Shown: positions 1 to 12,293 of the stretch, in pieces
Layout of the letters: every line of letters begins with the position of its first letter
How positions within the stretch are numbered: position 1 is the stretch's first letter
Source: Bugula neritina
Lineage: Eukaryota > Animalia > Bryozoa
Direction of reading: 5' to 3'
Length of the DNA stretch: 64,000 nt
Assembly: GCA_964035545.1 (NCBI GenBank)
Contig: OZ037766.1
Location: 15,800,722-15,864,721, forward strand
Made by a program: the position numbers and the translations under genes
Notes under the pieces: generated by a model
What the model was told of the DNA's origin: nothing
The model's input: only the letters and a program-made list of their open reading frames with translations
Database searches by the model: none

Positions 1-1690
1 TAAATTAAGTGAAATGACCCAATAGTCTGCGACTTTCATAATTCTGCAGTAGAAACTATTTATTCATCACAAACAGTTTCTTTCCTGGCAAACAGTGCAG
101 AAAATTATCTTGGCACCATCTTCGCTCCAAGACTTGGCACCAACTTGACTCTGTGATTACTAGCCAAAACAGCAACTGGAAGTGCTCAATACACGTACCT
201 ACCACAGTGCCGACTGTGACACTGATCACAGCCTTGTTGTGTCATCGATGGTATTACAAGCTAGGCCGTATAATTGCCAGTGTAGACAATCTATGAAGAT
301 AGACGTGAGTAAAGCAGAATTACCTGAGCTTCGACAAAAATACTGGGATGCATTAAATACTAAGCTGGTAAGTTTGTGGAATTAGACACCGATGTTGAAA
401 GTTGCTGGAACTACCTACAAAGTGTCATACACCAGTCCGCAATTGATACTTTTGGACGTCGAAGATGTTTAGATCCTGACTGGTATAGAGAATCACGTGA
501 CACCATCGAGCCTATCTTTGAAAGGAAGCATGCAGCAATGCTTAAAATGAAATCAAGACTTTCTCGTTTTTCACTGGCTGAATATAGTGCTGCCTGAGCT
601 TTGGCTCACAAAAACATTTCGTGAAAGTGTGCAGGTATTCTGGGGTTCATTATGTTCTAATATTGAAATAGCTAGAGACTCTGAAAACATGAAAAAAATG
701 TTTACTGCCATCAAAACAGTCACAGGGCCTTCTACTCAAACCTGCAGCATACTGAAGGACAAAAATGACTCATTCATAGAAAACAATTCCCAAAAGCTTA
801 ACTGCTGAGTAGAGCATTAAATTGAGCTATATGGGGCCGCAGGCATAGCTGATCATAATTATATTAATAAAATCTCAGACTTACCAGTCCTAGAACATTT
901 GAATATGCCCTCAGATCTTTCTGAAATTATTACCGTTATTTAGAACCTTCGATCCGGTAAAGCTTCTGGCAGTGATAAAATTCCAGCAAAACTTTTAGAA
1001 GCTGGCTCAGGCCCACTAGCTAAATATCTACATTATCTGATGAATAAATGCTGGCTTTCTCAATCTGTATCACAAAGATTTAAAGATGCAAAAATCACTA
1101 CCCTGTACAGGAACAAAGGCGGAAGAGGTGACTGCAATAACTACCGTGGCATTTAATTATTGAGTGTCACTAGCAAAGTATTTGCAAAAATACTTCTCAA
1201 GCGCTTCCAACAAGTAGCTGATACAATTTACCCCGAGTCACAATGTGGGATCTGGGCACAATGATCAACAACAGACATGATCTTTGCTGTTCGCCAACTG
1301 ATGAAGAAGTCCTGTGAGCAGAGAAGACCACTTTTCTTGGCGTTTGTAGACCTTACAAAGGCATTTGATCTTGTGAATCAAAAAGCTCTGTTTACAGTAC
1401 TGGCCAAGGCTGGTTGTCTACGAACCCTGGTTGCCTTGATTAGGTCATCCCATAATGGCATGTTTGCCAAAGTTCAGTTTGACAGCCATTTGTCTGAGGC
1501 TTTTCCTATCAGAAAGGGTGTTAAGCTGGGATGCATGCTGGCTCCTACACTTTGTAGCATATATTTCTCATATGTTTTTAAAACAGTGCATGCTGACTTG
1601 AATGCAGATGCTGGTGTGTCTCTGCTTTCTCGAGATGATGGCAACTATTTCAACTTGGCACGATTTTGAGCCCGAACCAAGGTCCAAAAG
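1..1690 (+). mobile_element. Degenerate RTE-clade LINE, ORF2 fragment (end of APE endonuclease plus N-terminal RT)
   Basis: Broken frames give SADCDTDHSLV (APE), NYRGI*LLS, PESQCG, DMIFAVRQL, FVDLTKAFDLV and GVKLGCMLAPTL. Multiple stops and frameshifts. Ends before the catalytic FADD motif. Confidence 0.9.
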
Positions 1691-2516
1691 TTTCTATATA
1701 TCTATAAAGGATATCTGTAAAGCAAGTAACTGTAGCAAAGCTAAATGTGATAAGGCTGCTATACTAACACATATAGAGAATTGTTTGTTTAATTACTATG
1801 TAAAACTTTAGGTTAGGACATTTGTGGCATGTTAAGTAGAATTTTAACCATTATTATAGAACCTATGTGAGAAAATCTTTTTAAAAAAGCGTCTATAGCC
1901 TATAGCTATAACCTCTAAGTTTATACTTCAAAGCTAAGGAATCAGTTATCAAAGTTTATTTCATACTATACCTGATATTTGAATAGTTTACTGAGTCTGT
2001 CTAGGAAGAAGTTTTTTATGACACTGATAAGTAATTTTTTATATCATATAGTTCCAATAAACTAATGCCTACAGATAGTGTTTTTATATTTTACTAGCCT
2101 ACTGAACTTTCCTCCTACAGCTGCAGCAAACAAAAAATACTAAGTTAGAATAAAGTCTTGATATGGGAATGCTACTTTATATACTTTTAATTATACTATT
2201 CATGTGCAACTTACTGAAAAAATACTTAGTAGAGCAAATAGAATAGAGATGAAGCCTCACAGATAACATGTAAGCGGAGTAATTTATTGTTATGAGTTCT
2301 GCATGACAGGGTATATATAAAGCCCTTGAATCATAAGGTGAACTTCTTAATACATGCATTCCTTTTCTATAAAAGGATAAACTATATTTTGCTCTTGCAG
2401 TAAAAACTTCCCTCTGTGCATGCATTATATCATAAGATCTCTTGCTCATTCCCAAAAAAATACTCTAATTTACACGTGTATTTTCATGTGTATGCTATTA
2501 CTCATTATTGTAAAAT

Positions 2517-2522
<6 letters not shown>

Positions 2523-2568
<46 letters not shown>
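2523..2568. repeat. (TA)n microsatellite
   Basis: Directly visible. Confidence 0.98.
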
Positions 2569-2571
<3 letters not shown>

Positions 2572-2572
2572 A

Positions 2573-2619
2573 TCTGTGGACAGCAGCTGTTTCGGGATTT
2601 GTCCCCTCATCAGCACAGA
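2573..2619 (-). ncRNA. Type I minimal hammerhead ribozyme, intact core
   Basis: Minus strand reads UCUGUG-CUGAUGA-GGGGACAAAUCCC-GAA-ACAGC U GCUGU-C-CACAGA: 6-bp stem I, canonical CUGAUGA and GAAA boxes, stem II, palindromic stem III, GUC cleavage triplet (predicted cut between 2579 and 2578). Confidence 0.92.
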
Positions 2620-2843
2620 ATAGAGTACCATGGCCCACACCTTCGCAATAGTAAAACTTATAGTTTTACTAAAGCATATTTAAAAGGTGTGTAAACTCAA
2701 GCCAGAGTGCTCAAGTGACTCTAGGGGTCACCTAGGAGTCACGAGCATTGCAAAATGCTAGCAGCTTGAGTTTGTGACCATGGTGAGAGTGCTCAATCAT
2801 TTAATGTCATTGCTGAGCATTAAATGAGAGCATAATATCTCAA

Positions 2844-2885
2844 TCTGTGGACAGCAGCTGAGGATTGTCCCCTCATCAGCACAGA
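2844..2885 (-). ncRNA. Degenerate hammerhead ribozyme copy (GAAA box deleted)
   Basis: UCUGUG-CUGAUGA-GGGGACAAUCCU-CAGCUGCUGUC-CACAGA. Stem I and GUC retained, GAAA lost. Confidence 0.8.
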
Positions 2886-2959
2886 ACAGAGTACCATGGC
2901 CCACACCTTCGCAAGAGTAAAACTTATAGTTTTACTAAAGCATATTTATATATAGGCCT

Positions 2960-5900
2960 ATATATATATATAAGCTTAATAGAAAAGGAGAATAGACCAT
3001 AGCAATCTATTATTATGTATTGAATATAGTATGATTTGCAATACAAATACGTTATTATTGGTGGTAAGGTATGATAGTGCTTGTAGTTCTACTATCAAGT
3101 AGAGATACAGGAATTTTTACATAATTTACATATTTATTAAACTTACCTTCTACAGCAAAAACAGAAAAATGATGTGCAATAACTGAACACTACTATAGAT
3201 GCTTTCAAATACAATATTTTCATTCCCAGCAAGATTGTATTTGCAATTGAACATATAGTATAACTTCCAATACAAATACATTATTACAGGTAGTTATAAG
3301 GTGTAATAATGCTTGTATATAGGTCAACTCACAGGCAAAGTTAAAAGGACTTTTAAGCAATTTATATGCTTACTAACTTACAATCTATATCACCAAAAAA
3401 ATATGATCTGCACCAAGTTCTTGATAATGAAATGCTCCTTTAGATCATTTCAATTACAATCCTTCCACGCCTGAAAATTACTTTAACTAGGACTAACCTA
3501 TAAGCAGCTTAACTAACTGAATAAAAATAAAGCTTGATATAAACTGTAGGCCTACACAGAATGATTGATTGAGTTTTGGAGGACAGGGATTTAATAAAGC
3601 CAGTGAAGCATAAGATGAACCGTACATGAAAAGGTACAAACGTGCCTTCGGCCTTCCTCTAAAACATGAGAAGGTGATCTGTATGTACCATCTGCAGAAA
3701 TGACTTCTGTTGCATTCTATCATCAAGATATTTCAGCCGTGTTCCTTATTCTTTTAACTTGTATTATTTTTATACAACAATATTGCTAAGGTGTTTGCTT
3801 CCTTTGCCACTGATATCTTAACCCACTGGGTGTGAAGACAACTCCCATACATTGTATAACTATAGTTCTATTTCAGATAGGCATTTTAGTATATAGAAAT
3901 AGAAGATGCCTACAGCATAGAATACATCAGCAAAGAATGATAACTCTCACAGTTCAATTACACTTTTATAAGATTTTATAGGTTCTTTGTAATTGGACAA
4001 AAGTGACAACATGCATGGTATAAATATAGTACATGTATAGAAAATACTCACTGTATGCAAGTGAAAACAGTTGTGTACTAATTTCGCAGCCCTTAAAATT
4101 GCATGATAAACTTTTTTCTAACTATCAAGGCAATGATCAACAATTAAAGACAATGAAGGCAGTCATAAACAGCTACCTAACGATAAAGACAATTATAAAG
4201 ATTTACATCAGTTCGACAAACTTAGAAAATATTTATATAAGAACAAGAAGCTAGAACTCTGAAATGTCTTGTGTAGGCTACAGAGCTCACAGTTACAAGA
4301 TTACTGTTCTTATGGTTGGCTATTGACCTGTAATATATTTTTGTTTAAACATGATTTTATTGGCTAGAAACAGCCCTTTTCAGGCTTTGGTCGCCAATTA
4401 TTTTAAAAACAAGGTTGCTTTCTCTTTCAGAACTTTAAACAAACAAAAGTAAATAGCTGTAATTTCAGTTGTCACTTTTTGTGATTTAATAGCTTCAACA
4501 ATTGTAATGTTTACAAGTGGTGCTTGACCTGCCACCCAGTCTTTGCGGAGGACCTGGTCTAAAGCCTCCAACGTGAGCCGCTCCTCGGCTCATCTGGCAT
4601 CTCTCTTTGCCTCATTTGGTGCACCAGCCACTTCTTTTGGCTCAACCCTGCTCTTCCTTTAGGAGAGCATCAGCTTTTCTTTAGACCCCACCACTGCCAC
4701 CAATGTAGTAATTTTGTGCCTTAGTGATACACTAAAATTACGTGGGTTGAATTAGGCTGATGCACACATGAACATGTACTTTTTGTTTAGGTGATAATAA
4801 AAAAAGATTTTAGGGTAATTTACTGTATTAGCTTGCCTGCTTATTTTGGTTGCCTAGGCATGACTACGTACAAAAGAAGAACAATTACAGGGTGAGACAA
4901 CTTATATATCTACTAGCCACTGCAAGTGTGAGAGTCGTTTTATGATCTGATGCGCTATAGTTTCACTCCTGGCTCAACTCACTCTCTTGAAGCATTCTGA
5001 CCCTTATATGTGGACAGAATGCCTCGTTCTGAGGTGAGCCCCAAATTGGGCATCTGAGTCGAGTGTCTTAAGACAGTTTTGGTGTCCGACTCGGACGCCC
5101 GAACACAAATTGGGCATCCACATCGGGTTAAATTTTTGTATCATGATGCATATCACAAGAGCCAACACTGCTTTGTGCTTGCTCAGTAATTTGATGTTTA
5201 TTTTTTTAAGTTTGGCTTGTTGAATAATTTTTCTCCCCATTCGAAATACACTAAAAACTACAAGCCTGCTATATGCTGTTTTTTCCATAACACAGACTAT
5301 AAAATGCATAGAATTAGATGTTCTTTCCAGGTTAACTATTTCAAAGTAAGTTACAACCTAATGGATGATGTGATGGGTTATAATTAGAAAGTTTATTGTC
5401 ATGTGTTAGCAGGTTGAGCAGAGGATGCTATAAGCATATTAGTGATTAACTTGACCTTCTCTTAGTAGTGTTTTTAGGAAACACTAACTTTAAATCTTTT
5501 TAAGTTTGCCCAAATTTCCAACCTCCAAGTAAAACTACAAACATTTTTAACTATATAAAGAGACCGCAGTACAGTAGATTTAATAGAGAACATTATTTTT
5601 ATTCTATAAGTTTATTTGGTTACATAATGGAATATATCATTAAACAGAACAACTACTGGTGCTAACAAGAATATATAGCAAATGCAACAAACACAATTTG
5701 CAGAAATAGTCGCCTTGAGTTTAGCAAAACAATATTGCAATAAAAATAAATTTAAAGAAAAACAATCAAGTAGCATATTAAATTAATGTGAAATGGCAAG
5801 TCGTCTTTCTTATTGCAATTTCATTTTTAAGTACTTCAATATAGTGTGTCAAAGTTTTGCCACAGTTTGTTCTTGCAGACTTTTTTAATAGAATTTCAAA

Positions 5901-6035
5901 AAAAGTTGTACTACTTGAGCATAAAAAACATAAGTGTCGGTTATAAAAAGTTTTAAATAAATTGAATAAAAGAAAATTCTAAAAAAGATAAAAAGCAACA
6001 AAAATTTATTTTTTCAGAGTGTAACAAATCTAAAT
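2960..6035. repeat. Segmental duplicate block, paralogous to 22680-25118 and 37400-39385
   Basis: Long colinear high-identity matches such as agaccatagcaatc..., ccaaattgggcatctgagtc and gcaggttgagcaga. The 37.4-39.4 kb copy lacks the part equivalent to ~3790-4855. Confidence 0.9.
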
Positions 6036-6603
6036 AGTAGCCAAGCCATAACAGCAATATTCGACACAGGTGGTACCTATTTCATTGTACGTTTTTAAAG
6101 CTAAATCAAAGGTGGAAGTTAGAATAAAAAATATTCATAATATCGTCATTTCTGATGCAAACATTCAGAAAACCAAGTTTTTCGCTATGGGCTGTATGTC
6201 TAGAAAACAGGATTTCAAACACTGTAAATATAATTGGCTGAATGTCGAAATAAATGTACTTAGAAATAAAAAAGTTTTAGAGTTTACATAGAAGAGAGAG
6301 TCGGTCTAGTTGCGCCGCATGCTTTAAACTTTTTTTTAAATCATTGCAACATTTTAAATCCTTTACATGCAAAAGGGTTTTATGACAAAGCTTGTGTTCT
6401 AGAGAAAAAATGTAGCACAGAAAGCTATATTCTCTCAAGAATTTCAACGCTTTATCTCAAAACAAAATCTATGGAAAAGTTAAAAAACTAAGGTTATTGA
6501 ATTTGTTTCTATTATTCCACCTATAATCATTTATAGTGAGTGGCAGTTAATTTTACAACTGATCCATTTGATATATATGCAATGAGCATAATTATGCATT
6601 CAC

Positions 6604-7913
6604 ATATTTCAGAACCAAGTCCAATAATTGAAGATCTAGATCCTACACTGGCTCTTTTCTTCTGCAGAAGACCCATCAGGAGGATGTGCTAGATCCAGAG
6701 GGTTCCTTGTTTGGCCATATATGGGGCTATGAGCTCTCAGACACATCATTGTTTGTAGAATATTAGTTCTAATAAAATACACAGCTCCAGCATCTGTTAG
6801 TGTCTAGGAGACAAAAAATACATCAAAACAATTAAGTGTCAGTTTCAAACATGTAATACAGAGCGACACAACAACTGGAAGAGACTCTGATGTTTGGCTT
6901 GCTAGATATCTTGTTGATGAGCTAAAAATCTTAAAGTTTTTTTTGAAAAAACTAACCTTTATTTTGCCAACATTTTATTTTGTTTTCCAAGGCAGCTATG
7001 ATTTTGCCAACAACTGTCAAACTTAAATAACATGTTTGCGTTAACTCACCGATTTATTCATTGAACATGTATTCAGAAATAATGTTTTTATAATTGAAAC
7101 CGTATTGATGTAAACTGCCAGATAGGTGACAATAAAATTATTCAAATTAACAAATTCTACTAACAACAAATAAAAAAACGTATTATCTAAATGTTAAATG
7201 CCCCCAGCATGTGCTAGCTTCTGATAATTACTGTTATAGCTAATTAATTGATACTTTTGTTGTGTACTAATATCTCTTCTAAAATTTGCTCTTGGTTAAG
7301 GTTAACCAAAAAGAAGGGCTCATAATTTTGAAAAGGAAACTTGATTCCAAATTTATTATCAATAATGAGTCAGGTACTGAATTTTTTTTAAACTTAAATT
7401 AATGATATTTGCAAGGAAAACATTACTAAAATTTACTCTTAAAGTTGAAAACCAATATTGGTAAAGCGTAGCACACATACTTGTACATTTGGGCATGTAT
7501 CTGCGCTTGTCTATCAGTTTTGATACACCTGCAGTACATTGATAGCCAGAAATCCCAAAACTTTCTTTTGAGGAAAATGGAATGCCAAACAAGGGTAACT
7601 TGTCCGTTTCACTAGCTGGAAATCCATTTAGTCTCTGAGCTATTTTCTAAACATAAAACAAAGACAATTATTTAGTAGCACTATGGTACTTTTTGATAAA
7701 CATGGCTAATATGAAAATAGACCCATTGATCAAAACTTTTACCTCAGCCTCTAAAATTGGTTGAATGATAAAATTTATATGTATATTTTTAGTGAGAGCA
7801 ATCCTCTGATATGCATATAAGACTTAAATGCAAGGAAGTTCTCATTTCTGTAGCTTTGATTGCAACTCTGTAAATAAAAGTGAAGTTATTCCTTTAGCTT
7901 TTTCTGCTGAAAC
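6604..7913 (-). pseudogene. FAAH-like amidase pseudogene fragment (exons 2-4 only)
   Basis: Colinear with 46847-48163. Exon 2 at 7743-7913 has in-frame TGA/TAA, exon 3 lies at ~7481-7646, exon 4 at 6604-6803 has a +1 frameshift. Exons 5-13 are deleted and exon 1 is replaced by Gypsy sequence. Confidence 0.92.
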
Positions 7914-8039
7914 CTAAAACCTAAAATGTTAAACTACAATTTCACATTTGTCTAAGTAAATAATTTGGCTATTTCTATGCGAGTTCTTTCAAACGCTATC
8001 TAAACCACATGCATAGACTGCTTTCTAAAAGTATTGCCA

Positions 8040-10389
8040 AAATATCGAGCGTAGGGATGGTGGACCCTCTTGCTCGGGCATTGAAGAACAGGTGGGGAAA
8101 GCGGGTATATACAGCTGGGAGGAAGGACAACTTCAGTCTGAAACCCTTAGTAAAGCTGTTAACAACCTTCATGCAAACCCTACGCCATTCAAAAACGTCA
8201 AGGAGCTGTGTCGGCTCCAGGCTACGCTACCAGGGGTAGTAGCTGACTTAGTCCTGGCCAAGAAGGAGGGACGGCAGCCTAGTGAGGCCGAACAGCGGAT
8301 CAAGTATGCGGAGTTTAAATATTTCTGCGACTGCTGGGACTCCCTCAGGTTTAATGGCGATGGGCTGTTAGCGATAACGCTAGCAGCGGGCACCAATCGC
8401 CGTGAACGAGAGAAGGTAGTCTGTCCGTCTGCTCTGAGGCGGGAGTTGATCTGGGACACCCATAAGCAAGCTCATGCAGGAGCTGGGCGGGTGACCAGGT
8501 GTCTTCAACTTCAGTGGTTTTGGCCCGTATGACCCGGGATGTCCGACTCCGGGTGCAGAAGTGCAAAATATGCCAAGCTAGCAAGCATGGCCACTCCACT
8601 GAGACTGCAGGGAAGCGCCGCCTCCATCCATGCCAGTCGTCCGTGGCAGGTAGTCGCTGTAGATCTGGTAGGCCCCATGCCCACGACAGTAAGAGGTAAT
8701 AACTGGATACTGGTATTAACTGACCATTTCACGCGGTGGGCTGACGCGCTGGCTATTCCAGATGCGTCGGCCCCCACGGTGGCCAGAGCCTTGGATCAGC
8801 AGGTGTTCTGTTATTTCGGCTTGCCGGAACAAATACACTCTGATCAAGACGCCCAGTTTCAGTCGCAACTTATGAGCGATCTCTGTAAAACGTGGGGGGT
8901 AAACCAGAGTCAGACGACCCCGTATCACCCGCAAGGAAATGGGGTTGTGGAGAGGAACAACCGAATGCTAGGGGACTCACTGAGAAGCCTGCTTATCGGT
9001 AAGAGCCAGGAAGAGTGGGACTTGGTACTATCGCAAATCATGCGAGCTTACTGTAGTACACCTCACTCCAGTACACTGGAGACTCCTAATTTTCTCATGC
9101 TGGGGAGAGAAACAAGGGTTCCTGAGCACGTAACTTACCACATTCCGGCTTCAGAGATCAGCGTCCATGATTATGTGGACAAGCTCATGAAATGCATGAG
9201 GACAGCTCATGAGGTGCTACGTGAGCAGCAGTGGCAGGTCAGGAGTGGTGACCCTGGCGACCCTTCTTTGTACAAGGTGGGAGACTGGGTCTGGATGACC
9301 AGTCATTGCTGGCGGCGCGGACAGGCGGCTAAGTTGCAGCCGAAGTTCGTAGGTCCTTATTGCGTGATTGAGGTGATGCCGAATCACACCCACAAAATGG
9401 AACGGTCTGGACAAGTGTCGGTCCAGAAAGAAGCACGGTTGAAACCACACTGGGCAAGCCTTGAGGCAGCAGGTCAAGCACCTCCTCTCTTAGAGCCTGC
9501 TAGACGCCCTTTCATGAAGAGGCGGTGCATGGCATACAGAGAGATAAAGGAGATACTGGCAGGTCAGGAGGAGGCGGCTACCTCCACCCCAGGAGGAGGC
9601 CGCCGACACACCGGAAGACCGGTCCGAGCCGGCCCCATCACCAGTGGAGCCGGCCGACACACCTGTCACCCCGAATGAGATGGAATTTCCTCAAATTCAT
9701 GAGGAAGAGGCAGCTGGGAGGGAACCACCGTATTGGTGGACTCCCCCGTACTGGCAACACCACCCGTGGTGGTACAGTCGCCAGCAGTAACAGCACCCCC
9801 AGGGCAGTTGGAGCGTAGGGCGCCACCATTTTATTTAAAAGATTTCTTGTGTGATGCAGTGGAAAAACATCCATCAGCTATTATAAAAGAAATCTGGGGG
9901 GCAAGCAATTGAGAGTTGCACGTCCTAAATACAAGGAGACACAACTGTGAGTTGCCTACCCAGTGGTGTAAATATATATCATAATAACACCACCAGGGGT
10001 AAAGAAAAGAGCGAAGCCAGCTTGCTAGTAAAAGGGGGTATTATGTAATCACTTTCACTGCGAAGAGCGTTCTTTTCTATTTCAACTGTCAACGTGCGAG
10101 CACACACTTGGCAAGCTGGCAAACTACGAGGCCTAAGTGGGCAGTAGACTAACGTCGTGGCTGTCCAATGGTAAGTCTACTAGTATAAGTCTATTATTTA
10201 AATGGACTTCAAGCTGGTAGCTTAAAATCAGTCTCGCTTTATCATAACGATAAAGCTGGTTTTCTAAGTCAGATGATTTACTGACGACTTAGAGTGAGGC
10301 AGTCGCCCGTGTGATTTTTGAAATCAGTGGGTTGCTAGACTGCGAGACTCAGTCGTCGGTGTCATACTGACCAGGTGAAAACCCCTACA
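8040..10389 (+). mobile_element. Ty3/Gypsy LTR retrotransposon 3' portion: integrase, PPT and 3' LTR
   Basis: HHCC zinc motif (HKQAH...CKIC, frameshifted), DLVGP / SDQ / VERNNR DDE core and GPY module. PPT aaaaggggg at ~10030. Putative LTR TGTA...TACA at 10044-10389. Confidence 0.9.
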
Positions 10390-11690
10390 ACAGTTTCTGG
10401 CATTCTGTTGCAAATGAGACTTCAATAGCGGAGCGGGCACTTCTTTCTCCTGGCACCACTGTCACGCAGTCACCCATCATTCTCTTCTGCATTCGTTTCG
10501 CTAGACTCTTGGCATTCGTTGGACTCGTGGTACTCACTCGTATTACGATTGCTTCATTCGATTCTTGGAAGATCAGCATAGCAGACCAGGTGGCTGTCGT
10601 GGCGAATGGTGCCCTTCGATCCCAGTGAGGAGCTTAAAATCAAGATGAGCAGGTGACAGTAAAGATGCCGGCGATAGTAAGATACCTGCAGGAATCAAGT
10701 AATAACCGACAGCTAAACCAAGCAAGAGACACCTAGGAGTTCCTCTCTTTTGTCTCCTGTCGCTCTCTCCTGTTGCTTTGGTATGCTGAGGAAGGCGAAA
10801 CGTAATAGTAATAATAGTAATGACAGTAATAATCGTAATGACCGTAATAATAGTAATAATTTAATAGTTTTAATAATTAATCTGCATGACAAGACCGGAG
10901 GCCTTATTCTTTTGCCACACTCGATTCTTTGATGGCATGTCAACGCCACCAAACTGATGCTTGGCTCTGACTAGATGAGCGTGCTCCTACCCCCTCTTCG
11001 TGTGGCTGTATCAAAGACATTATCTGTGAAGATCCGACCGGTGGTGAAGCAGACGCCATGACAAGACTGTGCAAGAGTACGACGCTTCTCCCTTAAGTTC
11101 CTGCTTCCTTACGCAATTTGGTGAAGATGTGCATCAAACCATGCTGACGAGCTGTTTTTTTCTCGCATGTTTTAAAATTTATGTGACATTTATTTTGACT
11201 TGTTTTACCCTTATATTGTTTTATATTTCTTTTTATTATTTTTGGTGAAGGTACCTTTCGATAGGAGGGGAGAATGTAAGGGTTTTTAATAGTGTATTAA
11301 TTATATTATTGTGTGAATTTTAGTAGTACATTTGTTGTATCGAAAGGATACTTCTCGCCGGCAGTTACATAATGCAGCTAGCATCATGCCATCAGGATGG
11401 CCTGATTGTATTGGCCAATAAAGCAGGACTGACAGTTAATTAGTAGGCGGAGCTGCAAACACGTAGTGGAAGCTAGTTAGGCAGCGTAGCCGGCAGAGAG
11501 GACTTGGAATTGTTAGTGTAAAGTTGTATACAGTTAGCTCTCTATTATGTAACAGTTTGTGTTAGTAGTGTTATTCATTTTATGCGTGTATTATTTGCAG
11601 TAAATAAACTCTTATCAATTAGTAAACCTGGCAAAGTGGCTTTCATTAAATAAACCCATTGATTGCAGTGAGGCATAAATTCACAACACA
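10390..11690 (+). mobile_element. 3' end of a second LTR retrotransposon (PPT plus LTR ~11275-11690)
   Basis: Purine tract ataggaggggagaa directly before TGTAAG at 11275. AATAAA signals near 11602 and 11649 and a CA end near 11690. No recognisable protein. Confidence 0.5.
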
Positions 11691-12293
11691 AGTATCTTTC
11701 ACTTAAGAAAAGGTAACTCCGTGAGATCGATCTGACACTCTCATGGAAAAACGACCAATCTGAGCACATTTCTCAGATCAATCTAAGCAGAACAATCTGA
11801 GATAGATCCATGGAAAGCTCGTGTATGTTTATTATATTTATACAGCTGAAAAGCATTTGTGAAGAATTACACTGCAACTTTTCTGACAGCTGATTGCCTA
11901 TAAACAACATGAAACTTAAATGAATAGATTTTCGAAATGCGTATTAGTCTTATTAGGTTGAATAAGTGCATTTATATTATGTTAAAGTTATCAGCAGAAA
12001 TAACAGTGATCTAATTTAAAGCAAAGTTGCTATATTAATAGTCGAATGAATTCAACTGCTTATATGATAATAATGCAGTAAGAAAAGGTTTTTCTCAATT
12101 TGTACATTAATCAGCTAGTAAGGTTACCATCATTTTTATCATTTCTGAGTTGATAATTCAAGAATGTTGCTGATTTTGGACAGCAACCATACATTGTATA
12201 GTACTTTCTAGCTACACAGCCTTATTGCTGGTACAGAGAGCTGTCAAAGCAGTTGGACACACAACCTGAAACACTTTGAGAGAGAGGTCTTAC

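Larger units (their letters stand above)
2569..2948 (-). mobile_element. Hammerhead-containing tandem repeat, about 1.4 units of 271 nt; retrozyme or Penelope pLTR-like
   Basis: tcaatctgtggacagcagctg...aaagcatattt is repeated at 2569 and 2840 (period 271). Flanked by TA-rich tracts. Homologous copies at 57985-58275 and, inverted and partial, 31547-31648. Confidence 0.8.
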
